Origin: Candidatus Woesearchaeota archaeon
GTDB taxonomy: Archaea; Nanobdellota; Nanobdellia; UBA10117; JABICX01
Direction of reading: 5' to 3'
DNA length: 60,926 nt
Assembly (NCBI GenBank): GCA_018692915.1
Contig: JABHLG010000004.1
Coordinates: 1-60,926 of the forward strand
Within the stretch, counting starts at the first letter, position 1; the number at the start of each line of letters is the position of its first letter. The notes below the pieces were generated by a model, which saw only the letters and a program-made list of their open reading frames with translations, searched no databases and was not told where the DNA came from. Shown piece by piece: positions 46,534-54,829 of this stretch. Both the position numbers and the translations under genes were made by a program.

Positions 46534-47097
46534 ATGGTAAATACTCTTACTTACTTAACAAAATACTCTTTGAAAGATAGTAATATTAGTAGTATTGAGA
46601 ATTTGATGAAAAAAAATGGATTTTCACCAAAAACTCCAGAAGTAATTAAGAGAGATATGTTTAATACAAGAGATACTTTTGCTTTAGATTATATTTTAGA
46701 TGTGGATAATAAACTATTAGAAAATAAAGATTTATGGACAGAATTATTATTTGATTTTAGTAATAATCGATTCAATTCTTATGGTTCTTTATTAATTCTT
46801 AGTTTAGATAATGCTTCTAAAGGAATTAATATACATTTATCTGGAAAAAATAATGTTGTTGCTATATATTCTTCTGAAAATTCAGAAGTATTTAATGCAG
46901 AATCTGTTTTTATAAATGTAAGTAGTTTTTATACAGATAAACCATTAACAATTATAATTGGTGAAGATAGTAGAGATATATATTTGAAAATGCTACCAAA
47001 AGAAATACGTGATGATATTTGTGGTCGTGCTACATATGCTTTTGAATATGCTAAAGAGTTTTTAAGATTAGTCAAAGAAAAAGGAATTGATATTTAG
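46534..47097 (+). CDS. hypothetical protein
   Basis: 187-aa ORF. No motif recognised. Confidence 0.5.
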   Translation: MVNTLTYLTKYSLKDSNISSIENLMKKNGFSPKTPEVIKRDMFNTRDTFALDYILDVDNKLLENKDLWTELLFDFSNNRFNSYGSLLILSLDNASKGINIHLSGKNNVVAIYSSENSEVFNAESVFINVSSFYTDKPLTIIIGEDSRDIYLKMLPKEIRDDICGRATYAFEYAKEFLRLVKEKGIDI

Positions 47098-49268
47098 AAT
47101 TCATCTAAATCTCTATCTAATTCTCTATCGGGGTGAGCTTCTTTCTTTTCATTTGATAATTGATTCCAGATATTATCAGCGATTTTTGCAGAATGGAGAA
47201 TCATTGCTAGTTTTTGAGGAGAGCTCTTTTTGATATCAGATGGTTTTTTCCAGCCAGCATTCCAAAGTAATCTTGCTCTGTATCGACCAATTCCTCGTAA
47301 CTTGACAAGAGCAAGTAGCTCTTCTTTAATTCCATGTTTTACTCTAAATCTTGTTTTGTTTGATAAACTTCGCATTTCTTCCATATCTAGCAAGCGAGCA
47401 AGTTCAGAACAGGCATAGAGCAACCAGTCTGCAGTCATTAGTTTTGAGCGAATCTCTCCTGGACGAACATTAAATTTCTCAAGTAAATATTCCTCACTAT
47501 GCTCACTCATCCAGTCCATAAATAGCAAAGAAGTTTTTATTGTATCTAAAAATCGAGAATATTCGTAATCCCATTCTTTTGGAATATCTATAATTATTTT
47601 TTCTTTGTAAGTTACAATTGCATCGTCAATTAAATCGCCATCAGATTTACGACTAGGTATTAATGGATACATTTTAGATGAGTTTGAAACTAAATGAACC
47701 ATAGAAAATTCATCTTTTTTAACAACTTTATTTAATCCCAGTATCATTTTCCAAGCATCCATAGGGTCAAGATATAATTCAGATATTCTTTTACCAACTT
47801 TTGTTGGTTTTAAATCCTCACCTTTTACAATGATAAACTTGTATTTTTCAAGCAAATCTAACATGTCTTCAATTTTTAGCTCAAAGCTCCAGTCATTACC
47901 ATATTGGAAACCATAGAACGTTTCTCTGAAAAATTCCATAATTTCGTTTTTTGTTCTAACAAAACCTGAAGAAATCAAACTTAGCATGTAAGTTCGTAAG
48001 ACAGGTTCAACTGCAAGTTTAGATGTAATTGCTTCTGGCTTGCCAAGAATATAATTTTCATAAATATAGTCTTGGTCTTTTTCAGAATTAGCAATTGATA
48101 TTGCAAGTCCTTCTTCTACACCTCGTCCAGGTCTGCCTGCTCTACCAGTCATTTGATGATATTCTAAAACAGGTATCCAATTAGAGCCACGCCCATCAAA
48201 ACGCTTTAGTGATTTCATAATAGTCCTATCTGCAGGCATGTTTATTCCCATAGCAAGCGTTGGTGTGCAACAAATAATTTTTATATTACCCTCACGGAAA
48301 TTGTCTTCAACTAATTTCTTCTGCTTTGCAACAAGTCCTGCATGATGAAACGCAACAGTTTTCATAAAAACATCATAAAGTTTTTGACATTGTTTTGTTG
48401 GCCTGCCAAGTGATTTAATTATTTTCTCAGCGTCACTTTTTAGGTCCTCATCAACCTTAAGTAAATTAGCAATTTTCATTGAAGTTGATTCAGCAGCGTT
48501 TTTAGTCGGACAAAATATCAAAGCTTGTTGATTGCGTTTTATTGTATCGATTGCAAGCTGAAGTGTTGGGTCAGAAATATCTGAGATAACTTCATGGTTA
48601 TCTTTTTTATTATGAAAATTAACTTGCTTATCAAAAAATGTTCCTTGATATAGTGTTATAGGTCTCCAATTATCTATAATCAGTTCTGCATTCATCCATG
48701 TTTTTAATTCTTCAGGATTACCTACTGTTGCAGAAAGAGCAATTAACTGCATTTTAGGAAGTAGTTTTCTAAGTAATGTTATTAGGATTTCAAGAGTTGG
48801 ACCTCTATGGTGAGAATTAAGTAGGTGAACTTCATCAACAACAACTGTCGATATATCTTTTACCCATTTTGCTTGATGGCGCAGAATGGAATCTAATTTT
48901 TCGGCAGTTACAATAATTAAATCATAATTTTCTAGCCAAGGGTCTGACGAATCTAAATCTCCAATTGAGATAGCAACTTTTACACCTAACGGTTCATATT
49001 TTTCTTTAAATTCTTTAAATTTTTCACTTGCTAGACTTTTCAGTGGAACAATATAAACTGCCTTACCTTTTTTTTCAAGAATAGAATTAATTGCACCAAT
49101 CTCTGCAACAAGAGTTTTACCTGAAGCAGTTGGTGTGCAAACTAGTAAGTTCTTTCTTTCAAGCAAACCTGCTTCAATAGATTTTGCTTGACACGGTCTA
49201 AATTCTTTGAATTCTAACGTTGGATATAACTTCGGATGCACTTTATTCTTAATTTCAGAAACAAGCAT
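47094..49268 (-). CDS. hel308: Hel308/Ski2-like DNA helicase
   Basis: 'TPTASGKT', 'VVDEVH', 'SAT', 'FHHAGL', 'QMTGRAGRPG', then winged-helix, ratchet and HhH C-terminal domains. 724 aa. Confidence 0.9.
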   Translation of the reverse strand: MLVSEIKNKVHPKLYPTLEFKEFRPCQAKSIEAGLLERKNLLVCTPTASGKTLVAEIGAINSILEKKGKAVYIVPLKSLASEKFKEFKEKYEPLGVKVAISIGDLDSSDPWLENYDLIIVTAEKLDSILRHQAKWVKDISTVVVDEVHLLNSHHRGPTLEILITLLRKLLPKMQLIALSATVGNPEELKTWMNAELIIDNWRPITLYQGTFFDKQVNFHNKKDNHEVISDISDPTLQLAIDTIKRNQQALIFCPTKNAAESTSMKIANLLKVDEDLKSDAEKIIKSLGRPTKQCQKLYDVFMKTVAFHHAGLVAKQKKLVEDNFREGNIKIICCTPTLAMGINMPADRTIMKSLKRFDGRGSNWIPVLEYHQMTGRAGRPGRGVEEGLAISIANSEKDQDYIYENYILGKPEAITSKLAVEPVLRTYMLSLISSGFVRTKNEIMEFFRETFYGFQYGNDWSFELKIEDMLDLLEKYKFIIVKGEDLKPTKVGKRISELYLDPMDAWKMILGLNKVVKKDEFSMVHLVSNSSKMYPLIPSRKSDGDLIDDAIVTYKEKIIIDIPKEWDYEYSRFLDTIKTSLLFMDWMSEHSEEYLLEKFNVRPGEIRSKLMTADWLLYACSELARLLDMEEMRSLSNKTRFRVKHGIKEELLALVKLRGIGRYRARLLWNAGWKKPSDIKKSSPQKLAMILHSAKIADNIWNQLSNEKKEAHPDRELDRDLDEF

Positions 49269-49329
49269 CCTAAAACTTTAAAGAACGAGTTATAATAAAT
49301 TATATAATGGAGTAAATTGATTAGATTAT

Positions 49330-49818
49330 ATGCACAAAATAAGACGAGCTGAACCAAAAGACGCAAAACAAGTAAGACAGATGAGTATTGATTTAGAGGA
49401 AGCTATGTTTGATTTGCACAAGAAAAATAAACAAACTATATTTGCGCAGAAACCCGTTATTGCTTCGAAGCATTCAGTTAAAGATCATGCTGAATGGTTC
49501 GCAGGTATGGATGGCAAAAAAGATATTGATTTGACGCATATGTGGTATGTATTAGAAGTTGATGGAAATGTTGTTGGTTATATCAATGGACAGCTCGAGA
49601 AAGAAAATGTAGGTCATTTAGATTCATTATATATTCTTAAGTCATATCGTGGCAAAGGTTATGCAACTGCAATGGTCAAGAAAATTAAAAAATGGTTCAA
49701 ACTAAAAAAAGTAAAGTTTATTGATATATCTGTAGATGCTCCAAATAAACCTGCTCAGAAGTTGTACGAAAAATTAGGTTTTGTTAAAAAGACACACATT
49801 TATGGTTTGAAAGTTTAA
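49330..49818 (+). CDS. GNAT family N-acetyltransferase
   Basis: 'LYILKSYRGKGYATAMVKK' acetyl-CoA binding motif (Q/RxxGxG/A). Confidence 0.75.
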   Translation: MHKIRRAEPKDAKQVRQMSIDLEEAMFDLHKKNKQTIFAQKPVIASKHSVKDHAEWFAGMDGKKDIDLTHMWYVLEVDGNVVGYINGQLEKENVGHLDSLYILKSYRGKGYATAMVKKIKKWFKLKKVKFIDISVDAPNKPAQKLYEKLGFVKKTHIYGLKV

Positions 49819-50429
49819 GAGATATCTACATTTATTACTTGGATGTAGCTGGTGTTAATACAATCATTTGTTGTATTAGTATGTGAATAAGTTAGAAGAA
49901 CTTTATGTGAGCCTTTTCCTGCTGCAGCATTTCCACTAGGTTTAAACTGAACAGAATAGCATTTGTTTGTTAAAGTATCATTTAGCATAATGTAATTAAC
50001 TGAAATATCTCTACCTTTTTTCATCACACAGCTACTTCTTTCTTCCCCAAGCGTTCCAAGAATCGTGTAATTAAAACAAGAACCATTTATACTAGCATTA
50101 CCAAGAATTGCAGTTCCCTTACTTAGAAATGCATCAGGTGGATTCCTTTCAAAAGTAAAAGTTATTGTATGATTATTGTCAATAAAAAGATAACCTTCAT
50201 CAATATCAAAATTAACACTTCGCTGTGATTGTTCGTTTGCAACTTCTCTTATAGCTTTGTCTAATTCAATCATTCTATTTTCAATGCGAGAAATTTCATT
50301 AACTTGATTTGAATCATCTAGAAATTCTTTAGCCCAAAAGAAAGTTCCACTTACAACAACAATTATAATTAGTGTTATAATTAAAAATCCAGTTATATTT
50401 GATTGAGCTTTTTTATTTATCATTGACAT
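49815..50429 (-). CDS. type IV pilin-like protein (class III signal peptide), minor-pilin candidate
   Basis: 'MSMINKKAQSNITGFLIITLIIIVVVSGTFFW' has a basic leader plus a hydrophobic helix. 10-nt overlap with the upstream pilin gene. Confidence 0.6.
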   Translation of the reverse strand: MSMINKKAQSNITGFLIITLIIIVVVSGTFFWAKEFLDDSNQVNEISRIENRMIELDKAIREVANEQSQRSVNFDIDEGYLFIDNNHTITFTFERNPPDAFLSKGTAILGNASINGSCFNYTILGTLGEERSSCVMKKGRDISVNYIMLNDTLTNKCYSVQFKPSGNAAAGKGSHKVLLTYSHTNTTNDCINTSYIQVINVDIS

Positions 50430-52120
50430 TCACATGTGCCTGTATCTAAATCTGAAGTGCATGTTCCAGAGTCACAAGTTCCTATTGAACAAGACCAATC
50501 TGGCGGAACACCACCACAAGTTTCAGCAGCCATACATTCACATTCATGACCATATGTTATTGCACAATCACCTCCACTTGAGCACGCACCATTGCAAAAT
50601 GGATAAGTATATTCACATAAACTATTTTCATTTGAAGTTTCAACAAGACCTTTATCAAATCTACCTGAAACAGATGCTTCGCTACCAAAATTTATTCTAA
50701 AACTATATTCACTTCCAGTTCCATATTTAGCTAAATCACAATTAGTATCTGAAAGTTGTAATTCAATTAATCGTGTCTCACCTGCAACCATATCTGTGCC
50801 ACAACCTTGAATACATTCAACACGATTATTTGAACAATAAGAATAATTAATAATACTACTAAATCCCTTACCCTCTGCTTCATAAGCTTGTTGCCAAGAT
50901 GTGCCATCTATTGAACTAAGTATAACTCCACCATTTTCACTATATACTGTAGCAAATAATTTATTATTAAATACAGCAAATCCAGATACAGAATCGTTGT
51001 TGTTTGTAGATTTTTTACCCCAACCACCTACCCAACCACCTAAGTTTGGGTCATATCTCCATATTGATGCGCCACCTGTTTTATTTGTTCCAGCAAAAAA
51101 CGTATCATTAACAAATAATCCAAAACTAATAACTGCATCATCTCCAGTACTTAATATTCTTGAGCCAAAATTTTCACCATCTGCTGTAGCCCATATTTCT
51201 CCACCATTAAAACCTACATATAATTTATCATTATATACTTTAATAGCAGTTATATTTCCAAAATAATTACTTGAAACTGTCCAATTATCACCATCATCTG
51301 TTCTAATTAATCTACCTCCATTCATTGTGCTAACATATAATTGATTATTAAATATTTCCATATCTGTAATATCATCTTGTTCTGAATCATAAACTTCTGT
51401 CCATGTTTGATTTGATTCTCTTCTAAATACCTTACCATCTCCTTCACCTGCATCAGATGTAGTAGATGCATATAAATTACTCTTGAATTCAATTAAATCA
51501 GTTATTTTTCTTGCATTGGGTATGTCATTATCTAAACTCCAACTGTTAAAATTACAACTTTTAAATATACCTGCTCCAACTGAACTTATATCTATTAATA
51601 CACTAGTTCCTCCAAAATAAATACTATCATTATATTCTGCACTAGCAGATATTTCAGATGCTCCAACCTTACTATCTCTTGCTGTCCAAGATACGCCATC
51701 TATTGAATGAATGATGCTAGAATTTCCATCTGAATTTTGTATTGTTGCAAATATACCACTTTCTTCTGTAATACATGTTCCTTTAAATGTACTTAAACAA
51801 ACTACGTTATCGTTTGAATCAGAAATCATAATTTCTGTGCTATTAGCAATCTTTACTTTTTTCGCTCCCGAGTTTTGTATTAACATTTTTATAGATGTTG
51901 GGATGCATTGTAAATCATCTGCGAGTGTATTATAAATAGGTTCATCTACAATTTTAACTTCAGTTATAATACTGGAAAGTGTTTGCTCATGATATTGTGT
52001 TCCAATTTCTTGTGATTCGGTTTGTATTCGTGCAAACCATAAATACATAGCACTAGCAATTGCAAATGTAATTAATATTATAATAAGTATATTAATTATT
52101 CCTGTCATACCTTTCTTCAT
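50420..52120 (-). CDS. pilin-like protein with an inserted six-bladed beta-propeller-like domain and a Cys-rich C-terminal tail (tip-adhesin candidate)
   Basis: Class III leader 'MKKGMTGIINILIIILITFAI'. Pilin-core blocks 'SDSNDNVVCLS' and 'CIQGC..CDLAKY..YSFRINF..SGRFDK' align to the 203-aa pilin. Six 'N[DN]x[LI][YF]' blades lie between them. Confidence 0.7.
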   Translation of the reverse strand: MKKGMTGIINILIIILITFAIASAMYLWFARIQTESQEIGTQYHEQTLSSIITEVKIVDEPIYNTLADDLQCIPTSIKMLIQNSGAKKVKIANSTEIMISDSNDNVVCLSTFKGTCITEESGIFATIQNSDGNSSIIHSIDGVSWTARDSKVGASEISASAEYNDSIYFGGTSVLIDISSVGAGIFKSCNFNSWSLDNDIPNARKITDLIEFKSNLYASTTSDAGEGDGKVFRRESNQTWTEVYDSEQDDITDMEIFNNQLYVSTMNGGRLIRTDDGDNWTVSSNYFGNITAIKVYNDKLYVGFNGGEIWATADGENFGSRILSTGDDAVISFGLFVNDTFFAGTNKTGGASIWRYDPNLGGWVGGWGKKSTNNNDSVSGFAVFNNKLFATVYSENGGVILSSIDGTSWQQAYEAEGKGFSSIINYSYCSNNRVECIQGCGTDMVAGETRLIELQLSDTNCDLAKYGTGSEYSFRINFGSEASVSGRFDKGLVETSNENSLCEYTYPFCNGACSSGGDCAITYGHECECMAAETCGGVPPDWSCSIGTCDSGTCTSDLDTGTCECQ

Positions 52121-52172
52121 AGTATATTAATTGTATACTTACTTATATAATTTATTAGAAATAACAATAAAA

Positions 52173-52784
52173 TTATTTTACGAACTTGCCGCCCGTTCCA
52201 GTTATACCACTGAAGTCAATTGTAAATGAAAATATCGTATTATTATTATATTCAGCAAGGTCATCACAAGGGTCCCCAAGATTAAGTGTAACTTTTTGTA
52301 TCTCACCAATTTCTAAATAATTATTACAACCACTTATACAATCAGCAGGAGAATCTTCCCAATCACTATTACATACAACATCATTATCGGAGTCATATAA
52401 TATCCATGTTGTTGTCGGAGCATCATTGGAACTCGATATTGGAATATTTGAGTTACCATGATTAATTAAATAAATATCAAGGTCTCCACCAACATATTTT
52501 GCAGTCATAACATCAACGTTGGAACTTATTTTTTCAGATAATTCTTGTTGATATGCTTCAGTTCCACCTTGTGCTTCAGATTGAATTCTAACAAACCAGA
52601 AAAATGCAGCTCCGGCAGCAGCAACAGTCATCATAAGTAATAGAACTACAGCTATAACTGGTGTGATACCTTTTTTACTCATTCTAGAGTGCCGATAAGG
52701 TACACTTTTTGCCAACTTTTTGTGCGAAGCAGAAAAAGCTGCTGGAGTGATACCTTTTTTATTACGTCTAATCTTAGCGTGCAT
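52173..52784 (-). CDS. archaeal type IV pilin (PF07790-type N-terminus) with a 34-aa duplicated leader
   Basis: 'KKGITPVIAVVLLLMMTVAAAGAAFFWF' is preceded by 'MHAKIRRNKKGITPAAFSASHKKLAKSVPYRHSR'. An internal Met (MSKKGITPV) is an alternative start at 52682. Confidence 0.8.
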   Translation of the reverse strand: MHAKIRRNKKGITPAAFSASHKKLAKSVPYRHSRMSKKGITPVIAVVLLLMMTVAAAGAAFFWFVRIQSEAQGGTEAYQQELSEKISSNVDVMTAKYVGGDLDIYLINHGNSNIPISSSNDAPTTTWILYDSDNDVVCNSDWEDSPADCISGCNNYLEIGEIQKVTLNLGDPCDDLAEYNNNTIFSFTIDFSGITGTGGKFVK

Positions 52785-52808
52785 AATCTAATTTATATCT
52801 TTTAGAAT

Positions 52809-52820
52809 ATATATAGTTTT
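52809..52820 (-). promoter_or_regulatory. BRE/TATA-like promoter 12-mer (aaaactatatat on the coding strand)
   Basis: Identical 12-mer 25-36 nt upstream of the ATG at 52784. The same 12-mer occurs at 53963-53974 and 57321-57332. Confidence 0.5.
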
Positions 52821-52888
52821 TGAACTATTGTGAAAAAACTGTATGCTAGCAAAACATTTGTTTTGATTTGTATAAAATTATGGTCTAG

Positions 52889-53512
52889 TTATGTTTCAAA
52901 AGTCCCTGATGTTGTTGCTTCACCACTAAAGAATACTGTTGCACGCATTAATGTATCATCTGAGTAACCAGAAATATCACACTTTGTATCTGATAAATTT
53001 AAGTAAATCGCAGTGCTAGCAGAAGACTGAAGATTTGTAGATGGACCGCAACCAGAATAACAATCAACACTTGTAACTGAAAGAACTGTTGTTCCATCAA
53101 ACTTTGATTCACAAACAGTTATTTGCTCACTATCTTTGAGAATCCACGTTGTTGTCGGGTCTGTTGTAGAATTATCTAATGGAATATCTGTTGTACCAAC
53201 GTTTTGTAAGTAAACGGTTATTGTTTCTGATGTTGCATTATAATCTGCATCAAGCCAGTTTACGCTAGATGCTAATCTATCAAATACATTTTCTTGATAT
53301 TGTTCTGTTCCGCCCTGCATCTGGCTTTGAATTTTAATTAACCAGTAGAAGCTTGCGCCTGCAGCAGCAACAGTCATCATTAATAATAAAATAATTGCTA
53401 TAATTGGAGTAATTCCTTTTTTGTTTTTAGGGTAGCGCTGATAAGGTGCTCTTTTTGCCAACTTTTTGCGCGAAGTGGAAAAAGCTGTTGGTGTGATACC
53501 TTTTTTATTCAT
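52889..53512 (-). CDS. archaeal type IV pilin with a 30-aa duplicated leader
   Basis: 'MNKKGITPTAFSTSRKKLAKRAPYQRYPKN' is followed by 'KKGITPIIAIILLLMMTVAAAGASFYW'. There is no internal Met before the second KKGITP. Confidence 0.8.
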   Translation of the reverse strand: MNKKGITPTAFSTSRKKLAKRAPYQRYPKNKKGITPIIAIILLLMMTVAAAGASFYWLIKIQSQMQGGTEQYQENVFDRLASSVNWLDADYNATSETITVYLQNVGTTDIPLDNSTTDPTTTWILKDSEQITVCESKFDGTTVLSVTSVDCYSGCGPSTNLQSSASTAIYLNLSDTKCDISGYSDDTLMRATVFFSGEATTSGTFET

Positions 53513-53940
53513 TATTTTTTTCTCCTATATTTTACTGGAATACCGCTAGGCAACCGTCTAAATGCAGTAAATGTTTCGTTTGAATTTAAACTCTTAAATG
53601 CACGAGTTAAGTGGTCATGTTTGTCATGTAAACCATCAATTTTAGAATGTAATTTTTTAAATTCATGACCAGAGTCATCTTCTAATTCAATTTCTCTAAT
53701 TACATTAATGAATTTTTGCAAATGTGTTTTGATTTCCTCAAGTTTGTAATTTTGTTCAATAATTTTTTGTTGTGTCTGTAAGTTTGAATTTAGTAATTTA
53801 ACTAAAAGTCTTTCAGCATTATTTTCTTTTTCCATACCCTTGCGTAAACTTCTTACTTCTCTTTTCAAGTCATGCAAAGGCTGAATCGGAATAAGTTCGT
53901 ATTCATCAATACTACTAGAGCTACTTTTCTTCCTACTCAT
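53512..53940 (-). CDS. coiled-coil protein, first gene of the pilin operon
   Basis: 142 aa. Ser-rich N-terminus, long heptad-like helices and a basic C-terminus. Its stop abuts or overlaps the pilin ATG. Confidence 0.55.
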   Translation of the reverse strand: MSRKKSSSSSIDEYELIPIQPLHDLKREVRSLRKGMEKENNAERLLVKLLNSNLQTQQKIIEQNYKLEEIKTHLQKFINVIREIELEDDSGHEFKKLHSKIDGLHDKHDHLTRAFKSLNSNETFTAFRRLPSGIPVKYRRKK

Positions 53941-53962
53941 TTTAAAATATATAGTTTAGATA

Positions 53963-53974
53963 ATATATAGTTTT
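53963..53974 (-). promoter_or_regulatory. BRE/TATA-like promoter 12-mer (aaaactatatat)
   Basis: Lies 23-34 nt upstream of the ATG at 53940. Confidence 0.5.
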
Positions 53975-53995
53975 CTGACTGCGTCAGGAAACTCT

Positions 53996-54019
53996 ATTGA
54001 AAATCTATAGATTTTCAAT
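53996..54019. promoter_or_regulatory. perfect 24-bp palindrome attgaaaatcta/tagattttcaat in a divergent promoter region
   Basis: Read directly. It is preceded by the imperfect palindrome tttctgactgcgtcaggaaa (53972-53991). Confidence 0.45.
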
Positions 54020-54151
54020 CCCGCAAATTGGTTAATCAATTGGCGTTATCTAAAAAACTTGTTTTTGATTCATTTAATATATATTCGATTATATAAATAA
54101 TTTATCACCATTTTCTAGAAACTTTTTAATAAAAGCACATATAATTAAATT

Positions 54152-54829
54152 ATGGCATCAAATTATAATGAAATGAGATTATCTGAAACTGAGCTAGGTT
54201 ATGTAGATAAAGAAGCAATATTAATCAGTAAAATCGGTAAAGAAGTTACATATTTATCTAGAGATATTATTCACGTTTTCTCAAACATATCACTCGCATC
54301 AAGGAAAAAACGTGAAGCAGATGCTACTATACCTGCTATGAATTATGTTCAAACAGCAAGATGGGAATCTGAAAGACTCATAAAGAAAATAGAAAATAAA
54401 TCTCCAAAAATACAAAGCGCAATAAAACAATTAATTCTTCTTATTAAACATAATGAAAAAATAACTAAATATTTAGAAATAGAAGATAAATCAATTAAAG
54501 AACTTTTAGGTTTAGAAAAAAATCTATTTAGCATTCTTAGGTTGTATGACAGTAAGTTAACTAAATTAAATTCTGTTTTTAATACTAGAACATTAAGAGC
54601 TGTTGTTGTAGCAAGAGCAATTAATTTTAATTGTAAAAAAATAATGGATAAGGGTGCACATTCAGTTAAATATGATATTTTATCTAATGCTAAATTCGAA
54701 AAAGACGTTATTGTATTAGAACGTTATTTTGCTTCACTTCCTCTTGCATTTGAAAGATTATCTGAAATATTTAGACATATGAGAAATTTAGAAGTAAAAT
54801 TAGAACAATTAGAAAAAATTAAAAAATAA
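54152..54829 (+). CDS. hypothetical all-helical protein
   Basis: 225-aa ORF divergent from the pilin operon. No motif recognised. Confidence 0.5.
   Translation: MASNYNEMRLSETELGYVDKEAILISKIGKEVTYLSRDIIHVFSNISLASRKKREADATIPAMNYVQTARWESERLIKKIENKSPKIQSAIKQLILLIKHNEKITKYLEIEDKSIKELLGLEKNLFSILRLYDSKLTKLNSVFNTRTLRAVVVARAINFNCKKIMDKGAHSVKYDILSNAKFEKDVIVLERYFASLPLAFERLSEIFRHMRNLEVKLEQLEKIKK

Noticed and set aside
50434-51935. Plus-strand ORFs 50434-50700, 50901-51266 and 51711-51935
   Set aside because: They are antisense to the propeller-pilin gene, whose frame is supported by alignment to paralogous pilins.
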